This document shows positions 1 to 9,774 of a DNA stretch of 64,000 nt, piece by piece. Location of the stretch: assembly GCA_963812135.1 (NCBI GenBank), contig CAWETU010000005.1, positions 288,001-352,000 on the forward strand, read 5' to 3'. Made by a program: the position numbers and the translations under genes. This stretch comes from Vulcanimicrobiota bacterium (lineage in GTDB: Bacteria > Vulcanimicrobiota > Vulcanimicrobiia > Eremiobacterales > Eremiobacteraceae). Under the pieces are notes generated by a model. That model saw nothing but the letters and a program-made list of their open reading frames with translations. It did not search any database and had not been told where the DNA came from. The stretch's first letter is position 1. Each line of letters opens with the position of its first letter.

Positions 1-285
1 AATGCAAGTCCAATACTTGCTCGGGTCAGGCGGTGTCCAGCCGGGACCTTGGCACGATCCACCCACGTTGGACAAGCTCACGAATGTCTGGTTCTTGACG
101 TTCACCTGCAGATAGCCATACTGCCAATGATTCGCGCCCTGCGTGAGCGCAAAGTCCGCCACCGAGTCCGCGAGTACCGTCGGACCCTTGTCTGCGTGCG
201 CGGCCAGAGACTCATCGCCAAGACTAAGCGCAAGACCGACCGACAGAACCATCACCGCCATCCCCAGGCGACCTATCTTGTCCAT
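1..285 (-). CDS. Secreted hypothetical protein, runs off the left edge (partial)
   Basis: Read manually: AAGGAG SD, ATG at 285, MDKIGRLGMAVMVLSVGLALSLG signal-like N-terminus, then ...LADSVADFALTQGANHWQYGY...; frame stays open to position 1. Absent from the ORF track because no stop is in the window. Confidence 0.7.
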   Translation of the reverse strand, partial: MDKIGRLGMAVMVLSVGLALSLGDESLAAHADKGPTVLADSVADFALTQGANHWQYGYLQVNVKNQTFVSLSNVGGSCQGPGWTPPDPSKYWTCI

Positions 286-531
286 CGCGACTCCTTGTCC
301 GCCGGTCCAAATGCTCTTGACGCCTCGGATAACATTTCCAACGCAGGAACAGCGCCGAGATCTTACACTGGAACCGTGCCAGCGAACGCTTAGCGAGTCG
401 CGAGCTGCCGCCCTGTGTTTGTCCGCTGACGCGTGTGATTCGGCTCTAGATTCCCCAAGGGGGAAGCGAAGGCGTCGTGGGAAACGGGTCTTCTGTTTAT
501 GCGAGACGTATCGCGCTTTGAAAGAGGGCCT

Positions 532-903
532 ATGACAAAGTTCGCTGCCGCGCTGCTGGCAACAGCAATCATCGTCGTAGACAGCCCGGCAGTTCCCGCT
601 GCTTCGGGCGTGTGGAACTTTGGGTCAAGTGCAGACATCGCTGCTGTGCGTGAGGCGATTCTTGCAAACCCTGATGTTAAAGTCCCCGGCGTGCATGTAG
701 TTGGCGACTACGCGCTCACGCAGGTATATATAGGCACAGAAGCAAGCGGGATGTGGGTGTACAAGCGAATTTCAGCGGAACACTGGAAGAGAATCATGGG
801 AGGCGGGGGTGCAGTGGATGCGACTATGATGAGCGGAGCCGGCGTTCCGCCATCGATCGCGCGTCGGCTCTGTTCAGGCTGGCCCAAAGGCTATGGCTGC
901 TAA
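532..903 (+). CDS. Small secreted hypothetical protein
   Basis: GAGGG SD, ATG at 532, MTKFAAALLATAIIVV signal peptide, two C-terminal Cys. Confidence 0.65.
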   Translation: MTKFAAALLATAIIVVDSPAVPAASGVWNFGSSADIAAVREAILANPDVKVPGVHVVGDYALTQVYIGTEASGMWVYKRISAEHWKRIMGGGGAVDATMMSGAGVPPSIARRLCSGWPKGYGC

Positions 904-975
904 GTTGCCCGAGCGCCGCGGCTTCGAATTGATCCTACGACATGGTCGCCGGACGTTCCGGAACGAGTCTTCTTT

Positions 976-991
976 TAGGCGGCGCTCGCCC
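976..991. repeat. Left direct repeat (copy of secA 3' end; TSD or att core)
   Basis: TAGGCGGCGCTCGCCC identical to 3027-3042; the exact match extends to 19 bp if the T-run is included (973-991 = 3024-3042). Confidence 0.9.
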
Positions 992-1028
992 AAAAAAGAC
1001 TTGTGCCCGGCTGTTATGGGACGTTACG
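992..1028. repeat. Left terminal inverted repeat
   Basis: AAAAAAGACTTGTGCCCGGCTGTTATGGGACGTTACG. Confidence 0.9.
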
Positions 1029-1031
1029 AAT

Positions 1032-1619
1032 TTAGTTCCTGCAATCGAGCTTGAAAAGAAAGTCGTAGTGTTTCACCGTAAAGTGAGGGACGTTCTTTTC
1101 CTTCGCGAGCTTGCTTCCATCGAATAGGATGTTGAGCGCAGTCGGCTTGTCGGATGGGTTAAAGGGAGCGGGGAACGCAATAAACCTTTGCGCGTACGTG
1201 TATTGAGCGGAAGGTTTAAGGCGATGCGATGCGAGCGTTTGAAGGTCGCTTGTGGCGAAGTGCGTATCGCCGGCGCCGATAATGTTCCTGTGCAAGATCA
1301 CCACCTGACCGCTTATCAGTGAATCGCCTGGAGCGATCTCTGATTGGGTGACGTTTCGCCAGATCTCGGTGACCTTATAACCAACCTTTTGCCGACCGGA
1401 TACGGTCTCTGCGGAATACGGCTTGCTGTCTGTCACTTCCACGCGCCAAACGCCGTTGTCCAGCCACTGACCCATACATCCCTCCACACTAGTCGCTTTG
1501 GCCTGACCTAGTGCATCAGCCGCGATTGTGGCTTGAACCAGCATAGGACAGGCGAGCGCCGCGACAATGAAGGCGAACGAGACGGCAAAATTGCCTGTCC
1601 TCCTGAAACAACTAAGCAC
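1032..1619 (-). CDS. Secreted hypothetical protein (element cargo)
   Basis: AAGGAG SD then GTG at 1619, in frame with ORF 1032..1754; hydrophobic signal region; EGCMGQWLDNGVWRVEV segment and a C-terminal Cys; stop lies 3 nt from the inner end of the left TIR. Confidence 0.7.
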   Translation of the reverse strand: MLSCFRRTGNFAVSFAFIVAALACPMLVQATIAADALGQAKATSVEGCMGQWLDNGVWRVEVTDSKPYSAETVSGRQKVGYKVTEIWRNVTQSEIAPGDSLISGQVVILHRNIIGAGDTHFATSDLQTLASHRLKPSAQYTYAQRFIAFPAPFNPSDKPTALNILFDGSKLAKEKNVPHFTVKHYDFLFKLDCRN

Positions 1620-1930
1620 AGTTGGCTCCTTAATTGAACCCGATCTTCCAAGCCATTGCAACGCAGAAGCCTTCGCTCCCTTGGAGCCATGCAGCCACCG
1701 GACGTTTGAATCGACGACCGGACGTTTTCGGTTTTCGGAGATGTCGCAAGTCATGGCTGCAACTGGGGCGGCGGCTCACTCTGATCTTTTGGCCCCGTCA
1801 CTGATTCAAACGTCCGGCGAGTATCGATTTGTTAGTTGCCGATAGCGGGGGGATGAGCGCGACGGTACGCGCGCCCGACCACGCGCATACGATTACTTCC
1901 CCACATTTATCAATGGCATGAAGAAAGGGG

Positions 1931-2761
1931 CTAGGTCGGGGGCCAAATCACACAGAGACGGTCGAGGCCAGATTCTTTGATCGTGCCACCCGCAATCTTG
2001 ACATGAGCCCTAACTGTATAGCAGGTCCCTGATGCTTTGATTGGTGGCCCTACTCCTAAAGGTCCGTCCATAAAGCCGGTTGTCGGGAAGGGCACTTCGA
2101 AGGTTGGAGGTCCGTCAGGCGAGGTCACGGTGAATCCGTCTACTGCAGCAACGCAACCCACATGACATGGATTCCAGTCCCAGATCAGAACTAAACGCCG
2201 ATCGGCGATCGCCTTGGCACAGTTGGCGAGCTTATGGGCTACGCAAGTCGCCACTTTATAGCTGTATTGTAGATTTGTGGGAGCCACGAGCGTCGAAGGG
2301 ATGCATACTTCATTGCTGAGTCTTGATTGGATCTTGCCGAAGGCGGCGGTGACGGCGTAGCATCGAGCGCCAAAACCCCGCAATCCGGCCGGACGCGTGA
2401 CGAAGCCGACTGTGGCCTGCGTCGTATTGCGATCGACGAGTTTGTGCATGCCGCCCTCGACCTCGTAGACGGCGAAGCTGTCCTGGGTGGGATACGCTTT
2501 GTTGCCGGTCCAGTTGAACACCAGAACCAGGCTGCTCTTACTACGTGCGTCTGCACAGAGCAGCGCAGCAATCGGCCCGGTGTGCGCGCCGCAAACGTGA
2601 GGGTCGCTCGTCACCACTAGATCGGTTGGCGCAGGCATTTGTGGATTCTGTGTGTGGACGACCCCGCCGCTCCCGGGCTTCTGGCTCGCGAGCAACGTGC
2701 CGGCGGATAGCGTGAAAGCTACCAGCGCAACGACCAGACCTAGCGTGCGGACAAGTCTCAT
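1931..2761 (-). CDS. Secreted Cys-rich protein with two internally repeated FN3-like modules (element cargo)
   Basis: AGGAG SD, ATG at 2761, signal peptide MRLVRTLGLVVALVAFTLSA; repeats APTDL..LVLVFNW..CYAVTA..SNEVC and APTNL..LVLIWDW..CYTVRA..ES..C. Confidence 0.75.
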   Translation of the reverse strand: MRLVRTLGLVVALVAFTLSAGTLLASQKPGSGGVVHTQNPQMPAPTDLVVTSDPHVCGAHTGPIAALLCADARSKSSLVLVFNWTGNKAYPTQDSFAVYEVEGGMHKLVDRNTTQATVGFVTRPAGLRGFGARCYAVTAAFGKIQSRLSNEVCIPSTLVAPTNLQYSYKVATCVAHKLANCAKAIADRRLVLIWDWNPCHVGCVAAVDGFTVTSPDGPPTFEVPFPTTGFMDGPLGVGPPIKASGTCYTVRAHVKIAGGTIKESGLDRLCVIWPPT

Positions 2762-2989
2762 GATCGCACTCCTATCCGACGTGAACATCTAGTCCAAGAA
2801 CGCAGCGCGTGCGGGCGAAGGTTCCGCGGAGGTCGTCTCGCAGCGTGGCGTCGATGCGCCGCGCAGTCTGAGAATCGGCGGAGGCAGAAATTCAACTGAA
2901 CTACTGCTCGAGCCCGCTAGGAGCGCCTGTACATTGGTCGCAGCCTGGTCGGCACTTCTGACCAGGACCGGTTTGCAGGCCAGCACCCA

Positions 2990-3026
2990 CGTAGCGTCCC
3001 ATAACAGCCGGGCACAACTCTTTTTT
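2990..3026. repeat. Right terminal inverted repeat
   Basis: CGTAGCGTCCCATAACAGCCGGGCACAACTCTTTTTT, reverse complement of 992-1028 with 2 mismatches. Confidence 0.9.
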
Positions 3027-5733
3027 TAGGCGGCGCTCGCCCCGTGGCATTTCTTGTATTTCTTGCCTGATCCGCACGGACATGGATCGTTACGTCCGAC
3101 CTTCGCCTCCGCTTTGCGCGCCGGCGCCGGACCGCCGGCGTCGTCTCGATTGGTGTGTAGCTGATCGAAGCGCCGTGCCGCGCGCGCGTCGAGTGGGACC
3201 GACGCCCTGGCTGGCTGGCCGTTGGGGGCGGCTGCTTCAAATGGTGCGCCGTCGGGATGCGATTCGGTGAGCTGTTGCGTCGGAGGCGCCTGGGGCGGCT
3301 GCTGGACGACCAGATGGAAGTCCTCGCCCTGCGACATGGCGCCCAAGAACTCTTCTTGGATGCTCGCCTTGAGATCTTCGAACAAGTCGAACGCCTCGCG
3401 CTCGTACTCGACACGCGGATCTTTTTGGCCCCAGCCGCGCAGCCCGATGCCTTGCTTGAGGCTGTCCATGGTGTAGAGATGGTCGATCCATAAGCGATCG
3501 ATGATCTGCAGCATCGTACCGCGTTCGAGCATGCGCAGGCCGTCGTGCAGGCCCTTCTCATCCATCTGATCTTTGTAGCGCGACACGAAGCGCTCTTCTT
3601 TTTCCGTGTACATCTCGTCGGCTTGCTCGGCGATCCGCTTGACCATCTCTTCCTTCGAGAGTGGCTCGAGCTCGTCGACGCTCATGCGCTTGGCGAAGCC
3701 GCGCACGACCTGGTCGAACTCCTTGATGATCTCGTCGCGTTCCCACTCGTGCGGGTGGACGTTGTCGGGGCAATTGGCCTCGACGATCTGGCGCGCCTTT
3801 GGCTTCGAACATGGACGTGAGCGAGGGACGAAGATCGTGGCCTTCGAGCACGGAACGGCGCTCGGCGTAGATCACCGTGCGCTGCTTGTTCATGACGTCG
3901 TCGTACTCGAGCACGTGCTTGCGGGTCTCGTAGTGGTGCGCTTCTACCTTCTTCTGCGCGCGCTCGATGCTCGCGGTGAGGATGCCCGCTTCGATCGGCG
4001 TGTCATCGTCGATGTTGAAGCGCTCCATGATGCCGCGGATACGCTCGCCGCCGAAGATGCGCATCAGCTCATCGTCAAGCGCGGCATAGAAGCGCGACGA
4101 CCCCTTGTCGCCTTGACGTCCGGAACGCCCGCGCAGCTGGTTATCGATGCGTCGCGACTCGTGGCGCTCGGTGCCGATGATGTGCAGGCCGCCTAAGCGC
4201 GGGCACGCCTTCGCCAAGTTTGATGTCGACGCCGCGGCCTGCCATGTTGGTGGCGATCGTCACCTTGCCGTACAAACCGGCATCCTTGATGATCTCGGCT
4301 TCCTTCTCGTGATACTTCGCGTTGAGCACGTTGTGCTCGATGCCGCGCTTGCCGAGCATCGCGGAGAGGCGTTCGGACTTCTCGATCGAGCGCGTGCCCA
4401 CGAGCACCGGGCGTCCAGCGCTGTGCATCTCGATGATCTCGTTGATCACCGCACGGAACTTGCCGTCTTCGTGGTTGTAGACGACGTCGTCGAAATCTTT
4501 GCGATGCGCCGGCACATTCGTCGGGATCGAGATGACGTCCAGCCCGTAGATCTCGCGGAACTCGCGCTCTTCGGTCTTGGCCGTGCCCGTCATACCCGCG
4601 AGCTTCTTGTACAGGCGGAAGTAGTTCTGGAAGGTGATGGTCGCGAGCGTTTGATCCTCGCTCTTGACCTTGATGCCTTCTTTGGCTTCGATCGCCTGAT
4701 GGATGCCGTCCGAGTAGCGGCGGCCGTACATCAGCCGGCCGGTGAACTCGTCGACGATGATGATCTCGCCGTCTTTGACGACGTACTGCTCGTCTTTGCG
4801 GAACAGCTCTTTGGCTTTGAGCGCGGCTTGCAGTTGGTGCGCCATCTCGAGGTTAACGGGATCGTACAGGTTTTGCACGCCGAGCAGCCGCTCGACTTTC
4901 GCGACGCCTTTCTCGGTGATCGGCGCCGCATGCATCTTCTCGTCGACGGTGTAGTCCTCGTCGCGCGTCAGCTGCGGCATGATCTGGCGCGCGAAGCGCT
5001 CGTAGAGATGCGACGGATCCTTGTAGCCGGGACCCAGGATCGCCTCGGGCGAGCCGCTGATGATGAGCGGCGTGCGCGCCTCGTCGATCAGGATCGAGTC
5101 GACTTCGTCGACGATCGCGTACGCGAGCTCGCGCTGCACGCAGTAGTCGATGTGCGGCGCCATGTTGTCGCGCAGGTAGTCGAAGCCGGCCTCGTTGTTG
5201 GTGACGTAGGTGACGTCGGCGCCGTAGGCTGCGCGCCGCTCGACCGGCGGCATGAAATGCTGGATGATGCCGACACTCAAACCGAGCGCGTGATAGATCG
5301 GCGTCATCCACTCGGCGTCGCGCTTGGCGAGGTAGTCGTTGACGGTGACGAGGTGCACGCCTTTGCCGCTCAGCGCGTTGAGGTAGACGGCGAGCGTCGC
5401 GACGAGCGTCTTGCCCTCGCCCGTGCGCATCTCGGCGACTTTGCCGTCGTGCAGCACCATGCCGCCGATGAGCTGCACGTCGAAGTGGCGCATGTTGAGC
5501 GTGCGCCTGCCGGCTTCGCGCACGAGCGCGAACGCCTCAGGCAACAGCTCGTCGAGCGTGGCGCCGTTCGCGAGTCTCTCGCGCAGCTCGGGCGTCTTGG
5601 CCGCGAGCTGCTCGTCGGACAGCGCTTGCATGGCCGGCTCGAGCGCGTTGATGCGGCCCACGTTGCGGCGCAAGCGGGCTACCTCGCGGTCGTTACCGTC
5701 GACCCACGATTTTACCGTTGAGAACAATGACAA
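3026..5733 (-). CDS. secA: Preprotein translocase ATPase SecA (split by two apparent frameshifts near 4200 and 3790)
   Basis: [46 protein letters not shown] and C-terminal [18 protein letters not shown] spread over three consecutive frames. Confidence 0.97.
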
Positions 5734-5754
5734 TTGTTTCGCGTACCTTTGGGA

Positions 5755-6063
5755 CTAGACGGCCGGCGCGACGTGGCGCTTGTCGAGCTTGCGTGTCTTG
5801 AGCTTTTGGATCTGGTGCTCGAGCCGGTCACGCACACGGTCGATCGCCTCGTCGATGACCTTGCTGCGCTCCTCCGCCTTCACGAGGCGGTGCGGCAAGT
5901 GCAGCGTGACGTCGACGATGCGCAATTCGCGTTCGGCGCGCAGGGTGACGTGCGCCTCAAAAATGCGATCGTAATGCCGGGAGAGACGGTCGAGCTGCTT
6001 CTCGACGTGTTGCCGGAGCCCGTCCGTGACCCGAAGGTTTCTGCCTCTGATGTAGATCTTCAT
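5755..6063 (-). CDS. hpf: Ribosome hibernation promoting factor (HPF/RaiA, short form)
   Basis: MKIYIRGRNLRVTDGLRQHVEKQL...AIDRVRDRLEHQI; usual position upstream of secA. Confidence 0.9.
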   Translation of the reverse strand: MKIYIRGRNLRVTDGLRQHVEKQLDRLSRHYDRIFEAHVTLRAERELRIVDVTLHLPHRLVKAEERSKVIDEAIDRVRDRLEHQIQKLKTRKLDKRHVAPAV

Positions 6064-6108
6064 GACCGCCGCAATTTTACGAGAAGATGTGTCCTCTTCG
6101 TGTTCCGT

Positions 6109-6246
6109 TCAGTGAAAATGAAGTCCTGCCCTGACGCTCAGCTCGTACGCCGCGACCACGACGAGCGCGACCACGACGACGATGAGCACGATCCGGGCCA
6201 CGATATATGGCCGCTGCGGGCGTGTTTTTATGATTTGGCGCTTCAC
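6109..6246 (-). CDS. 45-aa single-pass membrane protein
   Basis: GTG overlaps the deacetylase TGA (GTGA); MKRQIIKTRPQRPYIVARIVLIVVVVALVVVAAYELSVRAGLHFH. Confidence 0.6.
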   Translation of the reverse strand: MKRQIIKTRPQRPYIVARIVLIVVVVALVVVAAYELSVRAGLHFH

Positions 6247-6959
6247 AGCTTGACGTTCAACGGGTCGTTGATTTGTTCGAGACTGAGGTCACGCTGCAGC
6301 TGCGACAACGTCACGAACGTGAAACCCGCGCGCCGGTATGCGTCGACGATCTGCGGCAGCGCCTCGATCGTCGGGACCGAACCGTTGTGCAGCAGCAGCA
6401 CCGCCGGCGACTTCGCGTGCGCGATGACGTGGTCGACGATGAACGGCGACGTCACGCGCTTCCAATCGCCCGGATCGATATCCCACAGCGCCACGACTTC
6501 ACCGTTGCCGCGCGCCGCGTCGATCGTCGAAGCGTTGAAATTGCCGTGCGGTGGACGGAAGTAGACGATGGGCCGGCCCGTCGCGCGGTGTATCGCCAGC
6601 GCTCCGTCGACAACCTCTTCGAATTGCGCGGGAAACCCAAGCGCCGTCATCTCCGGATGGCTAAGCGTGTGATTGCCGATCTCGTCAGGACCTGCCCCGA
6701 CGCGCGCGGCGATCGCCGGCTGTTCCGTCGAGTCGCGCCCGATGAAGAAAAAGACGGCGGGCACGTTCAGCTTGCGCAATTGCGCGAGCAGCGCGGGCGT
6801 CGCCACCGGATACGGGCCGTCGTCGAAGGTGAGCACCGCATACTTCGGCCGCGCGGGCGGCGCGATGAGATCGCGCACGTCCGTCAGCATGCGCTGCGCG
6901 ATCGCGCGCGGCGGTGGATCGAGCACTTGCGCGCTCGAAATGGCCGGCGGCACGATCAC
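6243..6959 (-). CDS. Polysaccharide deacetylase (NodB/CE4); N-terminal TM segment probably extends to ~7045 across a frameshift
   Basis: LTFDDGP, GNHTLSHP, YFRPPHG, LLLH motifs. Confidence 0.92.
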   Translation of the reverse strand: MIVPPAISSAQVLDPPPRAIAQRMLTDVRDLIAPPARPKYAVLTFDDGPYPVATPALLAQLRKLNVPAVFFFIGRDSTEQPAIAARVGAGPDEIGNHTLSHPEMTALGFPAQFEEVVDGALAIHRATGRPIVYFRPPHGNFNASTIDAARGNGEVVALWDIDPGDWKRVTSPFIVDHVIAHAKSPAVLLLHNGSVPTIEALPQIVDAYRRAGFTFVTLSQLQRDLSLEQINDPLNVKL

Positions 6960-7058
6960 GGGGACGAGCTCGAGCGCGCGTGATGGACCCAGCGCCGCAG
7001 TGCGACGATCACGACGAGGATGATGAGGAAGCCCGCGATCGTGGCCAGCGGGCCGCGT

Positions 7059-8376
7059 CTACTGCGCGCGGTAGTCCCTGCCGATGACGATTTCGATGTC
7101 GCCGCCGGTCACGTCGCCGGTCTCGACATCCGCGTCCTTGACGGGCAGCTGTTTGGCGACTTGGCCCGCGACGTTCTTGTCGGCGCCGGTCACCTTGGTG
7201 CGCGGATTGTTGAAGCTCGTCGCATTGCCGGTCGACACGACGTTGAAGCCGCGCTGGCGTAGATAGTCGGCCATGGCCGATGCCGCGCCGGGCTGTCCGG
7301 ATCCGTTGTGCACCACGACGTGCACCGTGGACGGATCGAATTCATTGCCGAACCCGACGACCATGTACTTCTGCACGACCGGCTTGCCCGTGGCGGCGTC
7401 GTAGAACAGCACCGACTGGCCGTCGGTGAAACCTTCGAGCACGGGCAGTTGGGCGGTATGCACCATCGCGGGCGTCTCATCGCGCAGCGCGAGCGCGAGA
7501 TAGAACAGCTTGTCATACGTCAGATCGGTGCGCACGTTCTCTTGGACGAGGCCGATGAGCGAAGGCAGCTTGCCGACGATCGCCGGATCCTTCATGCGCT
7601 TGACGAGATCGCCGATCACCTGCCGTTGCCGGCGCATGCGACCGAGGTCGCCTTCGGGATCGTGCCGGAAGCGGATGTAGCCGACCGTCTGCTCGCCGTT
7701 GAGATGCTGCATGCCCTTCTTCAGATGGATATGTAGGTGGCCCCAGTTGTCGTCGTAGTCCATGTCCTTCTCGACGTTGACGTCGAGGCCGCCGATCGCG
7801 TTCACCAAATTCTTCGTCGCGTCGATGCGCAATACGACATAGTTGTCGAACGGCGGGAAATTCGAGGTTGTCGACGACGGTCTTCACGCTGCGCAGCGGT
7901 CCGGCGTCAGCGATGGCCTCATTGATCTTCCCGTAGCCGCTCTTCGGGATATGGACCCACAGGTCGCGCGGGATCGAGATGATGCCGACCTGATGCGATG
8001 CGAGATCAATGTCGACGGCGAGCATAGTGTCCGAGCGCGACGCGCTCGTATACATCTCATCTTTGTCGGTCCAGCTCTCGTCGAGGCCGAGGACGAGCAA
8101 ACGCAGCTTCTGCTTGCCGAAGATCTCGGTCAAGTCGGGGCTGGCGAGATTGAGCTCCGCAAGCGCGTTCTGCAAGCCGTGTTTCTTGTGCACGTACATG
8201 CCGAAGGTGACGCCGGCGACGATCGCCACCAGCGCGATGGCGGTCATCAAAAAGACCCTCGCCGGACGCGCTGGCCGAACCGGCCGGGCGGTCTCCACCG
8301 TTGCAGCCGGCGTGGCGTCGACAGTGGGTTGCTCGCGCTGGTCTCCGGGTTGATCCGGCAAGTCTTTCTCCGTCAT
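7059..8376 (-). CDS. LCP (LytR-CpsA-Psr) family protein with LytR_C domain, frameshift near 7850
   Basis: LVLGLDE, SRSDTML, ISIPRDLWV, YIRFRHD..GDLGRMRRQ, VHNGSGQPGAA; ATG at 8376. Confidence 0.92.
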
Positions 8377-9774
8377 CCCGCGACCGGGCGCTGCGATGCG
8401 ATCGAAATCGGTGTGGCCGGCGATCGTCGCCGGTACGAACTCTCCGATAGGATGTTCGCCGGACAGGTACACCAAGCCATCTACACCGGGAGCTTCGCGC
8501 TGCGACCTTCCCACATACGCGAGCCGCTGTCCGAGCGCGCGGCCCAGCGGCGACGCGGCCTGCAGCAATCTCTTACCCTCGATCAGCACGTCCAAGCGTT
8601 CGCCATTGCGCGCAGCGTTGACTTCATGGCTGATGTGCCGTTGCGCGTCGCGCGCCGCCGCGAGGCGGCGCTTCTTGACGCGTTCAGGCGTTTGTCCTGG
8701 CGCGTCGAATGCGCGCGTGCCTTCTTCTTTAGAATATGCGAAGAACCCGACGCGGTCCAGACGCGCGCGCTCGAGGAAGGTGAGAAGATAATGAAAATGC
8801 GTTTCCGATTCGCTGGGGAAGCCGATGATGAACGTGCTTCGGATCGTCGCGCCCGGCAACGCGTCGCGCAGGTGCGCGAAGAGCTCGAGATAGCGCTCGG
8901 GTTGCGGCGGGCGGTGCATCGCTTTGAGGATCTCAGGATGCGCGTGCTGCAACGGCATGTCGACGTACGGCACGACCTTCGACGACGCGCGCATGGCTTC
9001 GATGATCGCCGGCGTCACCGATGTCGGATACAGATACAAGATGCGGATCCAGCGCAGCCCGTCGACCGCGTCGAGCGCTTCGATGAGGCGCGCGAGCCCG
9101 TCGCGCAAGCCGATATCGCGGCCGTAGTCGGACGAGTCTTGGGCGACGAGGATAAGCTCTTGCACGCCGCCGTCCGCAAGCGCGCGCGCCTCTTCGACCA
9201 GCGACGCGATGGTGCGGCTCTTCCCCAGGCCGCGTAACGCAGGGATGATGCAGAACGAGCACGTGTGGTTGCATCCTTCGGATATCTTCAGATACGCGGT
9301 GGCGCGCGGCGTGGTGACGACGCGCGGCAAAAAGCCCAACCGCTCGACATACGCGTCGCGATCCTCGAGGTGCAGCGGCCGCTGGCCTGCGTCTGCTTCC
9401 TTTATGATGTCGGGTATCTTGGGGAACGCGCCCGTGCCCACCACGGCGTCGATCTCGGGGATGAGCGCTCGAAGTTCGGCGCCGTAGCGCTGCGCCAAAC
9501 AACCCGCGACGATGAGCCGCTGGCCATCCCGCTTTGACGCCGCATATTCCAAGATGGTATCGGTCGATTCGGCCTTTGCCAAATCGATGAAGGCGCACGT
9601 GTTGACGATGATGGCGTCGGCGTCAGACGCCTGCGCGGTGATCTCCCAGCCGTCGCCGGCGAGGCGGCCGAGCATGACCTCGCTGTCGATCAGGTTCTTC
9701 GCGCAGCCGAGGCTCGCGAGGAACGCGCGCCGAGGTCGGGCGCGACGCCCCGCGACCGTGCTCACGGCGGCCAT
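8373..9774 (-). CDS. rimO: Ribosomal protein S12 methylthiotransferase RimO
   Basis: SLGCAKNLIDSE, NTCAFI, EGCNHTCSFCIIP, C-terminal TRAM (APGVDGLVY); true stop probably the TGA of the ATGA overlap with the LCP start. Confidence 0.93.

Larger units (their letters stand above)
992..3026. mobile_element. Non-autonomous TIR-bounded element inserted at the secA 3' end
   Basis: 37-bp inverted repeats 992-1028 and 2990-3026 (35/37 identical), directly abutted by the 16-bp direct repeats; more A/T-rich cargo of two secreted-protein genes; no transposase or integrase. Confidence 0.8.

Noticed and set aside
481..499. AACGGGTCTTCTGTTTA resembling the putative end at 962-977
   Set aside because: Gapped weak match not followed by the secA direct repeat.
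2990..3016. GTAG plus imperfect hairpin inside the right TIR, suggesting a REP/REPIN origin
   Set aside because: The left TIR has GTAA, the motif faces inward, and the sequence is unrelated to the REP family.
3558..4217. Programmed frameshifting or pseudogenisation of secA
   Set aside because: No slippery site was evident, the gene is essential, and similar indels occur throughout the window.
4147..5721. Long antisense or shifted ORFs (e.g. 4147-5721, 18273-20423, 21304-23574, 34158-35915, 59302-60825)
   Set aside because: Shadows of real genes caused by high-GC codon bias; no recognisable motifs.
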